A DNA stretch of 64,000 nt from Scyliorhinus canicula. Lineage: Eukaryota. The notes under the pieces are model-generated. The model made no database searches, was not told the origin of the DNA, and saw only the letters and a list, made by a program, of their open reading frames with translations. The stretch is from the NCBI RefSeq assembly GCF_902713615.1, contig NW_024055462.1, forward strand, positions 62,001-126,000, given 5' to 3'. Both the position numbers and the translations under genes were made by a program. This document shows positions 48,150 through 62,400 of this stretch, one piece after another; position 1 is the first letter of the stretch; each line of letters starts with the position of its first letter.

Positions 48150-48900
48150 TGATCTGCTCCCTCTGCCACATGCCTACCTCTGCACCTTACTTTCGTCAAT
48201 CTCGATAAATATTCGACACTGTCCACAGAGTAGGGGCTATATGATTTGGGGGAAATTGGCTGACTGCTGAAGCTCCCCTGTCGCATTCACTCCTTCCATG
48301 GTAAAATGCACTGCCACGGGACAGAGTGATCATTCCACTTCCGACAGATTCTAAGTGAATCATTGAGTGAAAGAGGACCATGTCCCACACCCACCTCTAT
48401 TTCGGCAGCTTCCTCTCCATGCTGCTGATCTTCGCCTTACATGAGACAAGAATAAAATCCATTAACACACTCGGTCAGGCTGCAACTCTACAACCTCTCA
48501 GTTATCAAAACGGAGACATAATCACAATACATCCTCATCAAAGAATTCCTCTACTCTGAAATTCGATCATCAAAACAAAACATCATATCAGAGACTCATG
48601 GACTGGTCCTCGGTGCACTGTATCTTGTTCTTCCTTACCATAAGCATGAGGAAAATCGTGGTTGTGGGTCAAGGAGTTGCACTTCTTCGCCATGGCCACA
48701 CTAAATAAGAGCCGGTGAGCAGATTCTGCTCCCGAGTTTCCATGGTGAGAGACTGCCTTGATGTAGATGTAATTCATGGGGAAACAACCGTTACGACCTT
48801 TGTTTACTAATTGAATGCCCATGGAATAACATCAAGCTGACCATGGAACAAGCTGATGGTTTATTAGGCCTGAACTCTCAGAACCGTGTTGTATGTCTGG
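48150..48900 (+). mobile_element. Degenerate RTE-like LINE RT fragment
   Basis: Frameshifted YLTFVNL.K.FDTVHRVGLY-like RT motif. Confidence 0.45.
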
Positions 48901-49439
48901 TGAAACAAGGGATTACCTGCACTCTGTGAAGAAAAATAGCTCAGCCAAATGTCATCTTTATTGTCCGCAATGCATTATGGATATTTACTGGCCGGAGGAC
49001 AATCAGACATGCGGCAGTTCTCTTAAAGACAGAGCATCCAAGTCTCTCCAATGTAAAAAGAGATGGTTTGCACATTTCCAGTGTGGTCCCTAAATCGGCC
49101 ATGGTCACACGAGCCGTGTTACGGGTATAGGGTGGATACGTGGGTTTGAGTAGGGTAATCATGGCTCGGCACAACATTGAGGGCCAAAGGGCCTGTTCTG
49201 TGCTGTACTGTTCTATCTATCTCAATGCGTACGCCACATAATCACTGTGATACCATTTTCAATGCCACATCCAGTCCTGAATAGTAATCAACAAATAACA
49301 AAAAGCTGGAATAGGAGCCTCAATAAAATTCCCCTCTTCAATTATGGTGGAGCCCAGCACATCAGTGCAAAAAACAAGACTGAAAGTTTCTGCCAGAGGT
49401 GCCGAGAGGATGATCCATCTCGGCCTCCTCCGGTGGTCT

Positions 49440-50580
49440 GCATCATCATGGATGTCCAGTCTTCAGCAAATTGATTCACTCCACATGACATCAAGAAATG
49501 GCTGACGGTGCTGCAATGTTATTATTCCTGGCAGCATTCCAGCAACAAGACTGAAGATTTGTGCTGCAGAACTGGCTGCGCCCCAGACAAGTTGCTCCAG
49601 TGCCGGTACAGCACGGCATGTACACAACAATGTGTAACATTGGCAAACCTGACCCGTCCAGAAAAGGGCAGGAAAAATCCAACCCGGCCAATTATTGGCC
49701 CATCAGTCCGCATTCGATCATCAGCAACTTCATGAAAAGTGTCAAGGAGCATCCTGTCACGTATAGTGTCCTAGCATAGTGCCCCCGGCCCTAGCTTCAC
49801 CCTTCATCATAAGGTCAGAAGTGGGAATGTTCGTTGATGATTACCCAATGTTCTGCACCATATTCCATTCCAAAAATACTGAAGCAGTCTGTCTTCATAT
49901 GCAACAAGACTTGGACAACATTCAGGCTTCGGCTGACAACTGTCAGGGAATTACCATCCCAAAAAGGGAGATGCTAACCATCTCCCCTGGATTTTAAATG
50001 ACACTACCGCGATGTAATCCCCCACTATAAACATCCTCTGGATTATCATTGATTAAAAACTGAATTGGAAGAACCTTTTAAATAATGTGGCTACAAGAGC
50101 TGGTCAGTGGCTGGAAATTCTGCGGTGAGTCTCTCACCTCCAGACTTCCCAAATCCTATCCATCATCTATACGGCAGAAGTCAGGAGTTTATTGAATGTC
50201 CTCCATTTGTCTGAAATGTGTTCCTCAAGCAATTTCGAGAATCGCAACGCCATCCTGGACAAAGCAGCCCTCTCGACGAACACCCCATCCACCAGCTTAA
50301 ATATTCGCTCCCTTAATCACGGGTGTACAATTCTAGCAGCGTGAACGATATACAAGGATCTCCTTAGAAAGCACCTTGAAAACCCACGAACTCAGCCATC
50401 TGAAAGGAGCAGGCCCGGCAGATTCATTGTAACAGCAGGACCTGCAAGTTCCCACCAAGCCACACACCATCTTGATGGGAACTATGTCTCTGTTCCTTCA
50501 CTGTCACTGGTCAAAATCCTGGAACTCCCTTCCTTTCAGCACTGTGGGTGTACTTACTCAATATCAATGCAATGGTTCAG
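49440..50580 (+). mobile_element. Degenerate CR1/L2-like LINE fragments
   Basis: NYWPISPHSIISNFMKS (YRPISL motif), EVGMFVDDYPMF (FADD motif), HMQQDLDNIQASAD. Related to the LINE piece in the inverted repeat. Confidence 0.55.
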
Positions 50581-52259
50581 TAAGAGGGCTCAACACCACA
50601 TTCTGACGTTACTGGTGAAGCCAAGGGCCTATTACATCATTTGAAACATATCGTTTATGTTGCATAATTACAACTATTCCATTTCCTTCGTTTATTGCAC
50701 TAGGCCCAGGCAATAGAAGTTCCGTTGTACAATTTGAATTGGCTGCAAGAACATCAGAGAGATCTGCGGTTCTATGTGCATGCATCTAGGGTGCTGACAA
50801 GACAGATTATGACGTTTATCTGGACATAGTAAGAAGTCTTACAACACCAGGTTAAAGTCCAACAGGTTGTTTCAAACACGAGCTTCGGAGCACGGCTCCT
50901 TCTTCAGGTGAATGGAAAGGCTTTGTTCCAGAAATGTTTATATAGACACCCAGTCAGAGATGCCCCGGAATGCGAGCACCTGCAGGCAATCAATCATCAA
51001 AGATTGCAGCAGAAGAGAGGTAACTCCAGGTTAAAGAGGTGTGAATTGTCCCAGCCAGCTTCAGTCGGTAGGCCTCTGCAAGTCCAGGCTTGTTGGTGGG
51101 GGCCGAATGTAATGCGACATGAATCCCAGATCCCGGTGAGTCCGCATTCATGCGTGCGGAAACTTAGCTATAAGTTTTTGCTCAGCCAATTTTGCGTTGT
51201 CGCGTCTCCCTGAAGGCCTCCTGTAGAATGCTGACCCGGAGATCAGAGGCTGAATGTCCTTGACTGCTGAAGTGTTCCCCTACTGGAAGGGAACAGTCCT
51301 GCCTGTTGATAGTCTCACGATGCCGTTTATTCGTTGTCGCAGTGTCTGCATGGTCTCGCAATGTACCACGCTTCGGGACATCCTTTCCTGCAGCGTATGA
51401 GGTAGACTACATTGGTCGAGTCGCCACGAGTATGCGCCGCGTACTGGTGGGTGGTGTTTCCACGTGTAATGGTTGTGTCCATGTCGATGATCTGGCATGT
51501 CTTGCAGAGATTACCCTGGCAGGGTTTTGTGGTGTTGTGGTTGCTGTTCTGAAGGCTGGGTAATTTGCTGCAAACAATGGTTTGTTTGAGGTTGCGGCGG
51601 TTAGTTTGAAGGCCGAGTAGTGGGGGTGTGGGGTGACCTTGGCAAGATGTCCTCCTCGATGATGAGTGTTGGAGGGCTGCGAAGAAGATGTCGTAGTTTC
51701 TTCTCCCGGCCCCAGTAAAGTACTGGACGACGAAGGGTACTCTGTCAGTGGTGTCCCGTGTTTGTCTTCTGAGGAGGGCGGTGCGGTTTTTTGCTGTGGC
51801 GCGGTGGAACTGTCGATCAATGAGGTCGAGCGCCATATCCCGTTCGTACGAGGGCAATCTTTCCAGCATCTGTAGGTGGTCTGGTTTGCGCTCCTCCTGG
51901 TCTGAGCAGATCCTGTGTATCGGAGGGCTTGTCCATAGGATGGATGGCTTCTTTAATGTTTTTCGGGACTTGGCAGAGGTCCTCCGACTGAACTGGCTCT
52001 GGGACAAATTCCACCTCTTTAAACTGGAAGTTACCTCTCTCTCGCATCTTTGATGATTTGATTGCTGCAGGTGCTCCGCATTCCGGGGCATCTCTGACTG
52101 TGCTCTATATAAACATTTCTGGAACAAGCCTTTCCATTCACCTGAAGAAGGAGCCGTGCTCCGAAAGCTCGTGTTTGAAACAAACCTGTTGGACTTTAAC
52201 CTGGTGTTGTAAGACGTCTTACTGTGCTCACCCCAGTCCAACGCCGGCATCTCCACATC

Positions 52260-54978
52260 ATGGCTACCATTGACACCGCAAACTGCCGGCGCAAAGTGGA
52301 GAGGATCTCCAGGAAGATCGCGCATATAGACACTGACATTCAGTTTTCTACAAAGATGCAAAAAAGCAGACAAGATCCCGAAAGGACTACAGATCAAAAA
52401 CCCACTCAAGTCGACTTACAACACAGACTACGCTGAAAGACTCTGCCACCGCACCTCTGTCACACTCCTCAAACACCTCGTACACCAACTCTACAGCAGT
52501 CGACGCAACCTGGAAACCAAGAGAGAGGCCATATTCTCAACTTGCGCTCAGGACACAGCAGACCAGCTGCGGAACACCGCCAAACAGATGAGACAGCAAT
52601 ACTATGCCACCTACATGCACACCAAGAACAGGAAGCTTGAGAAACTTGGCATCACCACCAGCAGCAATCAAGCTTCTCCCGGTACAACAGTCGAAAACAA
52701 TACAGGGAAATCCATTGTCAACTTGTCAGACTACACCCTTCAACCAGACGAAATCGAAGTCCTCAGCAGAGGGCTCAATTTCTGCACCACCACCAAAATG
52801 GACCCCATCAGTCTCGCGGCAGATACGGAGGAATTCATCAGGCGAATGAGGCTCCGGGAATTCTTCCACAGACCCCAAGAGGCCGACAGCGAACCCAGGG
52901 ACACGACCAATGAACCGGAACAGCAGACCGCGAGATCTGCAGTGCAGCAACCGAAAAGGAAAGAGTCAAATTGGACCCCTCCGGAAGGCCGCTGCCCTAG
53001 ACTCGACATGTATGCTCAAGCCGTCAGAAGTCGTGTCAATGCCAGATTCATCACTCGCAATCACAAGGCAGCCTCAAACGTCACCCAAGCACAACGCAAC
53101 GCCATCCGCACTCTCAAGACCAACCGCAACATCGTCATCAAACCAGCAGACAAAGGAGGGGCCACCGTCATACTGAACAGAACAGACTACTGCAAAGAAG
53201 TATACCGACAACTCGACAACCAGGAACACTACAGGCAGTTACCCGCAGATCCAACCAAGGAACACATCCGCCAACTCAGCAGACTGATCAAGACCTTAGA
53301 TCCAGACCTTCAGAACACCCTACGTGCTCTCATCCCACGTAATCCCCGCATTGGAGATCTCTACTGCCTCCCGAAAATACACAAGGCCAACACACCAGGC
53401 CGTCCTATCGTTTCAGGCAATGGGACCCTGTGTGAGAACCTCTCTGGCCACATCGAGGGCATCTTGAAACCCATCGTACAAGGTACACCCAGCTTCTGTC
53501 GCGACACGACGGACTTCCTACAGAAACTCAGCACCCATGGACCAGTTGAACCAGGAACATTCCTCGTCACAATGGATGTCTCGGCACTCTACACCAGCAT
53601 CCCCCATGACGACGGCATTGCTGCAACAGCCTCAGTCCTCAACACCGACAACTGCCAATCTCCAGACGCAATTCTGCAACTCATCCGTTTCATTCTAGAC
53701 CACAACGTCTTCACCTTCGACAACAAATTCTTCATCCAGACGCACGGAACAGCCATGGGGACCAAATTTGCACCTCAATATGCCAACATCTTCATGCACA
53801 AGTTTGAACAGGACTTCCTCACCACACAGGACTTTCAACCGATGCTATACACCAGATACATCGATGACATTTTTTTCCTTTGGACCCACGGCGAGACATC
53901 ACTGAAACGACTACACGATGACATCAATAAGTTCCATCCCACCATCAAACTCACCATGGACTATTCTCCAAATTCAGTTCCATTCTTGGACACACTCGTC
54001 TCCATCAAGGACGGTCACCTCAGCACCTCGCTTTACCGCAAGCCCACAGATAATCTCACGATGCTCCACTTCTCCAGCTTTCACCCGAAACACATTAAAG
54101 AAGCCATCCCCTATGGACAAGCCCTCCGTATACACAGGATCTGCTCAGACAAGGAGGAGCGCAACAGACACCTACAGATGCTGAAAGATGCCCTCGTACG
54201 AACGGGATATGGCGCTCGACTCATTGATCGACAGTTCCACCGCGCCACAGCAAAAAACCGCACCGACCTCCTCAGAAGACAAACACGGGACACCACTGAC
54301 AGAGTACCCTTCGTCGTCCAGTACTTTCCTGGGGCGGAGAAACTACGACATCTTCTTCGCAGCCTCCAACACATCATCAGCGAGGATGGACATCTTGCCA
54401 AGGTCATCCCCACACCCCCACTACTGGCCTTCAAACAACCGCGCAACCTCAAACAAACCATTGTTTGCAGCAAATTACCCAGCCTTCAGAACAGCAACCA
54501 CAACACCACAAAACCCTGCCAGGGTAATCTCTGCAAGACATGCCAGATCATCGACATGGACACCACCATTACACGTGGAAACACCACCCACCAGGTACGC
54601 GGCGCATACTCGTGCGACTCGACCAATGTAGTCTACCTCATACGCTGCAGGAAAGGATGTCCCGAAGCGTGGTACATTGGCGAGACCATGCAGACACTGC
54701 GACAACGAATAAACGGGCATCGTGCGACTATCAACAGGCAGGACTGTTCCCTTCCAGTTGGGGAACACTTCAGCAGTCAAGGACATTCAGCCTCTGATCT
54801 CCGGGTCAGCATTCTACAAGGAGGCCTTCAGGAGACGCGACAACGCAAAATTGCTGAGCAAAAACTTATAGCTAAGTTCCGCACGCATGAATGCGGACTC
54901 AACCGGGATCTGGGATTCATGTCGCATTACATTCGGCCCCCACCAACAAGCCTGGACTTGCAGAGGCCTACCGACTGA
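52260..54978 (+). CDS. Penelope-like RT + GIY-YIG endonuclease polyprotein (about 900 aa; one +1 frameshift near 52345, then a 796-aa open frame from 52588)
   Basis: RT motifs LVTMDVSALYTSIPH, GTAMGTKFAP, YIDDIF. Cys linker PCQGNLCKTC. GIY-YIG-like NVVYLIRC...WYIGET...RINGHR. ATG at 52260 directly follows the pLTR; removing one T from CAGTTTTCTA joins it to the long ORF. Confidence 0.9.
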
Positions 54979-55126
54979 ACTGGCTTGGGACAATTCACAC
55001 CTCTTTAACCTGGAGTTACCTCTCTCTCTGCATCTTTGATGATTTGATTGCCTGCAGGTGCTCGCATTCCGGGGCATCTCTGACTGTGTCTATATAAACA
55101 TTTCTGGAACAAGCCTTTCCATTCAC

Positions 55127-55161
55127 CTGAAGAAGGAGCCGTGCTCCGAAAGCTCGTGTTT
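55127..55161 (+). ncRNA. Minimal hammerhead-ribozyme-like motif in the pLTR (copies at 52142-52176, 31412-31446, and on - at 30749-30715)
   Basis: CUGAAGA-A-GGAGC(CGU)GCUCC-GAAA-GC(UCGU)GUU: catalytic boxes flanking a perfect stem II. Stem I pairing is not clearly resolved. Minimal hammerheads in Penelope pLTRs are an established feature. Confidence 0.6.
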
Positions 55162-56489
55162 GAAACAAACCTGTTGGACTTTAACCTGGTGTTGTAAGAC
55201 TTCTTACTGTGCTCACCCCAGTCCAACGCCGGCATCTCCACTCTATCTGGACATAGATTAGCATTGCTCGCTAAAGAATTTTACATTATTACTGTTCCCT
55301 CAGTTTTTTTTTATCTTCACAATTTCCTCCCCAGCCATTTTCCACATTACTGTGCATGTTCTACTGCAGCAATGACTGAGGCCGGGTCCAAATTAATATG
55401 AACAGAGACATGGCCCAGTGAAGAACTGAGGCTGTACCTAATGTAATACAGAGACAGGTTTAAATGAATAGAAACAGAGTCAGGTTCTAGGTTAATCTGA
55501 ACAGAACCAGCAGGGTCCATAAGTCCATAGGATATAGGAGCAGAATTAGGCTATTCGACCCATCGAGGCTGCTCTGGCATTAAATCATGGCCGACATGTT
55601 CCTCAACCCCATTCTCCTGCCTTCTCCCAATAACCCCTGAACTCCTTATTGATCAAGACAATCCTCGAATTGGTAGCCTAGTTTTATATGAACAAATATA
55701 AAAGTGTCCTTATTGAATATAAACTGACACAGGTACGAGGTAGTATAACACAAACAGAGACGGGTTCACGGCCAGGTACAATACAGAGGCAGGGCCTACT
55801 GTCCCTTCAAACACTCGCAGGACAGTTGGATCAGTGGTTGAAGACAAAACTTCGCCAGGACTTCTTCAATCACACTGCCCCCATCAAACATTCCCAGTGC
55901 AGCTGCCGATTGTAAGCGGGGTTGGTTTAGCACAGTGGGGTAAATAGCTGGCTTGCAATGCAGAACAATGCCATCAGCGTGGGCTCAATTCCAATACCGG
56001 GCTCCCCGAACAGGCGCCGGAATCTGGCGACTAGGGGCTTTTCACAGTAACTTCATTGACGCCTACTTGTGGCAATCAGCTATTATTACATAGAATGAAA
56101 TTTCCTCTACATAACTCGCTTAAACACATTAAAGGTCTGGAAATCAAGGGTTCTATGCCAGGTAAAACCTCTTCTGCACTCTTCCTCAGAGATCCCCAAG
56201 ACAGTTAGACAGTGGGGCAAATAAACCTGTGCATTTACTGGATAAAGATACCTGTGCATTTTTCCATCAAACACATCCAGGTCAGGGACAGCATAGTTCA
56301 GATACGGAGTAAGTCTCCCTGTGCAGTCATGTCAAACACTCACAGGGCAGATTCCGTGCAGGTGACATGCAAGTAAAGCTGCTCTCCCCTGGGCAATCAA
56401 ATGCTCCAAGGTCACGGCAGCTTGGTGAAGTACAAGGAAAGATTCTCCGGCCCTCCCACCTCAAATCCTCGCCACCATATGCAGCCCAA

Positions 56490-59400
56490 ATTAGATACAG
56501 AGTAAAATTGTCTCTGCAGTTCTCATTAAACACTCCAAGGCCATTGACTGCTCCAACGACAATTTAGAGTTAAACTCCCTCTATGTATTCCAATTCATTG
56601 GATTCAATCCATTTAGTTGTGAGCCAACGGGGTGAGATCGGGCTGAGAGAATGTATTGGCCACATGTTGACTTCATGTTGTCGATTAAACACAATGACCC
56701 ATCGTGGAGAGACATGAGACAGAACCAGTTAGGAGAAACACAGAGAGGGAGATAGGATACAAGAAAACTCTACGAACACATTTTGCATGTCCTTACATTT
56801 AGAGATTAGAGGGAATCTTTCCTAATTCTGAACATGGATATCATCATGACATTTTTCTCATATAACTGATGAATAAAAATGTCGAAAAACGATCATTACT
56901 GGAATCCGTTGATCTATTTGCGTCTTTGGCTCTATTTCTGTGCTGTGTTGATGGGGAAACATTTGCTTTGTTTTTCTCAGTCCAAAATCAAAACTGGGAC
57001 TTCTATTTTTGGTTTATTTACATAAACACCTCACTGGTCACAATGAAGTGTTCATTTCAGCAAAACGAAATAAACACAATCACGTATTGATTAGTTTCAA
57101 CTAAAAATAGAGGTGTATTTTAAGAATATTGACAGTTGGTTAAAATGAATAGAAACTTCCATTAGAACAGATGTTACTTAATTGAAAGAAAAAATACATT
57201 TAAAATAAGTATTCATTCTGAAAGTTATGAAGCCTCTATTAATAAAGCATATCTAACCAGCTCGTTTCCACTGAATGTTAATTTGATTGAAATATTGACC
57301 AATTTAAAGTGGATAACTCAAAACATCAGGCAGAGGAGAGATGAATAGACACATTAATCTCAGATCTTTTGACAATTGCAACTTGCATTTTAAAATGTAA
57401 ACAGTTGGAAAGAGCTTGCTTTTGTAAAACGCTTTACCCGACCTCAGGTCATCCCAATGCCCTTAGAACTCAGTGATATTTTTGCTGAATTTAGTCACTC
57501 CTGTAATGTCGGAAACAGAGCAGGAATTTGCGCACAGCAAGCTCCCACAAACTGAGAAGTGATAAGTGACCAGCTATTCTGTGATTTTAGTTGAAGAACG
57601 GACATTAGTCCAAGATACTGGGAAAAGCAGCTCTGCTCGTTAGAATTAAGTCAATGAGGTAATCCACCTGAAATGTGAATCTGTTCCTCTCTCTGCTGAT
57701 GCTCACTGACCTGCTGAGCAGACTTTTTTGTTGTTTCTGTTTTTGATTTCCAGAATCTGCGGCACTTTGAACAGTTTTGGATTCATTCGGCCATATAGCC
57801 ATCAGTGACAAAGTCAGCATTAACTGTCCATCGTGAGAAGTCGGATGTGAAGCACCTTTTTGATAAGGCGCATTCGGGCAGTTTAATTCACATTTGACTT
57901 TCTGTAGCATCTTCCCGTCAACCGACTTGCTTGCTCGGCAATATCAGAGATAGTTAATAGTCAACCCATCATTGTTGAACTAGAGTCACATTTGGGCCAG
58001 ATAGGATAAGGAGGGAAGAGTTCTTCTCCTGAAGGATGTTGGTGAACCTTCTGGGCTTTGGGAAATTTCGCTAAATTCATAAGTATTATGAATGACACGA
58101 CGATTTTTTTCTGATTTATTAATTCATTCAATTGAAAGTCCCCACAGCTGCCATAAAACCATAAGATGTAGAAGCAGAAGTTGGCCATTCGACCATGGAA
58201 TATGATCTGCCATTCAATGACATCGTTGCTGATCTGACAAAATCCTCAACTCCACGTTTCCAACTTATCCCCACAACCCATGATTGCCTTTCTGATGAAA
58301 AATCTGTCTGACTCAGCCTTGAACTTATTCATCAATAAGGCCAACTCTCTACGGCAAATAATTCTATAGAATCACTACCCTCTGAGAAGAAATTCCTCTT
58401 CATTCTCGTCTGAAATGAGTGGCACCTTACTCTGAGATTGTGGCATATGGAAATAGACTCTCCCAAAAGCGGGAACAACCTCTAGCTACATTGTCGAGCC
58501 CCCTGAGAATACTATATATCTCAGTAACTTCGCCTCTCATTCTTCTAAACTCCAATGCGTGTTGGTCGAACCGACCTATGCTCTCCCCATGTCAGTCTCT
58601 GTGGTGCTATTGGTCAGCATGTTTGGCTGTTTACCTTCTGGATTCAAGGCCAGATTCTTCTTTTTTGCTGACAGGTAGAGTAACTAACGATGGGTCGAAA
58701 GATCTCTTTCTGTGCTGTGAAACGCCCCTAGCTTTGAAAATCCCTCCATACTCGGGATTAACCGAAATAACCTTCACTGGACTGCCTAAAATATATTTCC
58801 TTACATAAGGAGACCAAAACTGTTCACAACATTACAATATGTCCTGGTGGAGTTAGCACTCCTGTCTCTGGGGTAATAGCTCAGGCCTCCAGATTACCAG
58901 TTTTGTAATAATATTGCGAGATTATCCCAAAGACTGTAATATCATCACATCTAAAAGATGGAACAATTGAACATTAAACACTCCTTCTGCATTGGATCAC
59001 AGGTCTGGATCATGGGCTCAGGTATCTGTTGTGGGAGGTGATAGTGATTCCACTGGGAAAAGACTGTTAACCTATCATGGTTTGTATTTTGACATTCTGA
59101 AATATTGCTCGGGGAATCTAAAGTTGAAACTATGGGTCCAGTCTTACATGGGTCAATTTACTTTTCAGAGGCTGGTCTTGTGCTGACACGATGGTAACGA
59201 TGAATGGGAATTCCACTGGCTCCATATAAAATATCAGTTATTCCAAAAATAACATCTAAATGCAAGCAAGGCATAAACATATGTGCAACTTGATCTTCCC
59301 ACTTCACGAGCTGCATGGTCAGAGCGGTTGGAAGCTAGGATTGTTTCCCTTAGAACCGAGCAGGATATGGGAAGGCCTGGTGAAAATGGTCAAAATTTAG

Positions 59401-62400
59401 AATGGTTTAGTTTGATTAATTGGGAAGAAACTTGATTCACTGGCAGGGGGGTCAGAAAGCAGAGAACACTGATTAATTAGATATCAATTAATTCCCCCAT
59501 GATTCTAAGCCGATCAAATTGCAACAGGACTAGACATGGCGGACGCAGAAAGGATGGTACCGATGGTGGGTGAAGCTAGAACGAGGGGTCACCATCTAAG
59601 AATACGAGGTAAACTATTTAGGATTGAGATGAGGAGCAATATCTTCACCCTGGGAGTCGTGAATCTGTGGAATTCTCTACCACAGAACGAAGTTGAGTCG
59701 AAAGTATTGCATGTTTTAAAGAAAGATTTAGACATAGCGCTTGGGGATCAAAGCTCTGAAGGGCCCAAATGAAACGGGGAAAAGCGGAGCAGGCTCGAAG
59801 GGCAGAATGGTCTACTCCGGCTCTATTTTTTATGTCACTGTCTTACATCAAATCTGTTTCTTCTCATGTCGAATGAGACTCTGTCTTCATTTATATTAAA
59901 GTAAACCCTGTCGCTGTCTAAACTACACTGTTCTGTTTGTGTTACACTCAATTAATACACACTACACCATAGGATTATATTACATTAAATTCCGCCTCTT
60001 TTATGTTCCCCAGGAATTTGTCTCTTTACATCACACGAGGGCCTATCTCTGTTGATATTTACCGGACCATGTTCCTGTTGCCTGTCTCGATATTACAAAT
60101 GATTGTTATATATTTTTTAAATTTAGAGTACCCAATTATTTTTTCCAATTAAGGAGCAATTAAGCATGGCCCAGTCCACCTATCCTGCACATCTTTGGGT
60201 TGTGGGGGTGAAACCCACGCTAACCACTGTGCCACCGTGCTGCCCTATGATTGTATATTTTTGCTTGTTTGTACGAGTACAATCGTTGTTGATTTGGAGA
60301 TTATATTAATTCTTGTAAATACCTATAAGTAGTTCTATGAAATGTGTATTTGCTCTGCTATCATGTGGTATATTGAGGTTATATTTTACCAACATCCCAG
60401 TAATGAACTGGGCTTGCGGACTGGTCTACATATGAACACCGGTGCATAGCACTTCCCAAAAGTTAATGGAAAACTCTATTAGTTCAAAATGATGAATTTA
60501 CTCTTGTGTTACACTCTATCCATTGGAAAGTTGTTTTCATGGTGGGGATTATTTTCCTGCCTAGTATTATATTCACCAATCATCTGATATGCTGGCAGTG
60601 TTAGACTGAACAGTGCTCCTCACAGAATCACCAGATTGGCACCCACAGGTTAAATATCCACCCAATCATAGAACTCTCATCTGGCTCAGAAGAGCAAGTG
60701 AATTCGCTGATAAAAGGTATTGGCCGTTCGTGTAGGTGTTCATATAAGATATTGTTCTTGAGTTTTGCAACTGTAATTTATCAAGACGTTATGTATGTTC
60801 AGAATTAATGTTTCACTTTGCGATGTCTTCATGCTTCTCGGCCCTAAGCTCTGGTATTCATTCCCCACTCCCCTTTACCTCAATTCCCTTAATAAAATTA
60901 TCCCATATAACCTGCTCGTCAACCAAGTTTTTAATCATCTGACCTAATAACTCTTTAGACATAGAATTTACAGTGCAGAAAGAGGCCATTCGGCCCATCG
61001 ACTCTGCACCGGCTCTTGGAAAGAGCATCCTACCCAAGGTCAACCCTCCACCCTATCCCCATATCCGAGTAACCCCACCCAACACTAAGGGCAATTTAGC
61101 ATGGCCAATCCACCTAACCTGCACATCTTTGTACTGTGGGAGGAAACCGGAGTACCCGGAGGAAACCCACGCACACATGGGGAGGATATGCAGACTCCAC
61201 ACAGAGAGTGACCCAAACCGGAATCGAACCTGGGACCCTGGAGCTGTGAAGCGATTGTGCTATCCACAATGCTACCGTGTTGCCCATATATTTGCACATA
61301 TATTAATCCAGATCCTACAGCAGGAATGACTAAAATAGACCCTACCCCTGCTTATAATATTCCAAACCCTGAAACAATAATCACTGCTCTTTAAACCTAT
61401 ATCATATAAGGGTAATCAACCTTTGTATCAGTAATTACTGCACGAGAGCCTGTCTGGGTTTATGTTAGTCTAGACCCTGCATCAGTAATCACTTCAATAG
61501 GTCCAATCTCAGCAGCACTGTTACTTCACAGCGCCAGAGTTCCAGTCTGTGAGCAGTCTGCACGTTCTCAACGTGTCTGTGTGTGTTTCCATCAGGTGCT
61601 CCGGTTTCCTCCCACAAGTCCCGAAAGATGTGCTGTTAGGTAATTTGGGCATTCTGAATTCTCCCTCTGTGTACCCGAACAGGCACCGGAATATGGCGAC
61701 TAGGAACCTTTTTACAGTGACTTCATTGCAGTGCTAATGTCAGCTACCTTGTGGCAAAAAAAAAATATTAGATTAGTTTAGGTTAATTGCCACCCTGTAT
61801 GAGTGATAATAATTTTAGACCTTGTCATAGAGTCATGAAAAGTTAGAGGTTTACAATACAGGAAGATGCCCTTCACCCACCATATTTGCGATGGCAATCA
61901 GGTACCTATCTTTTTAAGATCGTCAATAGATGGGCTTTATACCATAAACCCATATGACACAGGTGCAGAATTAGACCATTTGGCCTATAGAGTGTGCTCC
62001 GCATTCAATCATGACTGTTATGTTTCTAATAGCCTATCTCCTGCCTTCTCACCATAACCCCTGATCCCCTTATTAATCAAGAAACTATCTATCTCTGTCA
62101 GCCCGTTCGATATTAGGGAACGATCCTTTGTCACTGCCACATCAAATCCTCACTACTCTGTGCAGCTCAGGTTAGATACAGAGTAAATGTTTCTCTACAG
62201 TTCTCATTAAACACTACAGGGTAATTGAATGCTCCAACCACATTTTAGAGTAAAACCCCCTCTATGTATTCCAATTCATTAGATTCGATACATTTAGTTG
62301 GAAACCAATGGGGTGGAGTTTAGGCTGAGAGAATATATTGGGCGCATGTTGACTTCAAGTTGTCGAATAAAGACAATGACCCATCGTGGAGAGACATGAG

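Larger units (their letters stand above)
50830..55243 (+). mobile_element. Full-length Penelope-like element (Neptune-type) with 5' inverted arm
   Basis: Inverted copy of the 3' about 1.1 kb (50830-51966), direct pLTR (about 51965-52256), ORF, 3' pLTR (about 54954-55241). TSD TATCTGGACATAG at 50817-50829 and 55244-55256. Confidence 0.92.

Noticed and set aside
51327-52409. 360-aa minus-strand ORF as a separate gene
   Set aside because: Frame-hopping translation of the inverted Penelope arm and pLTR.
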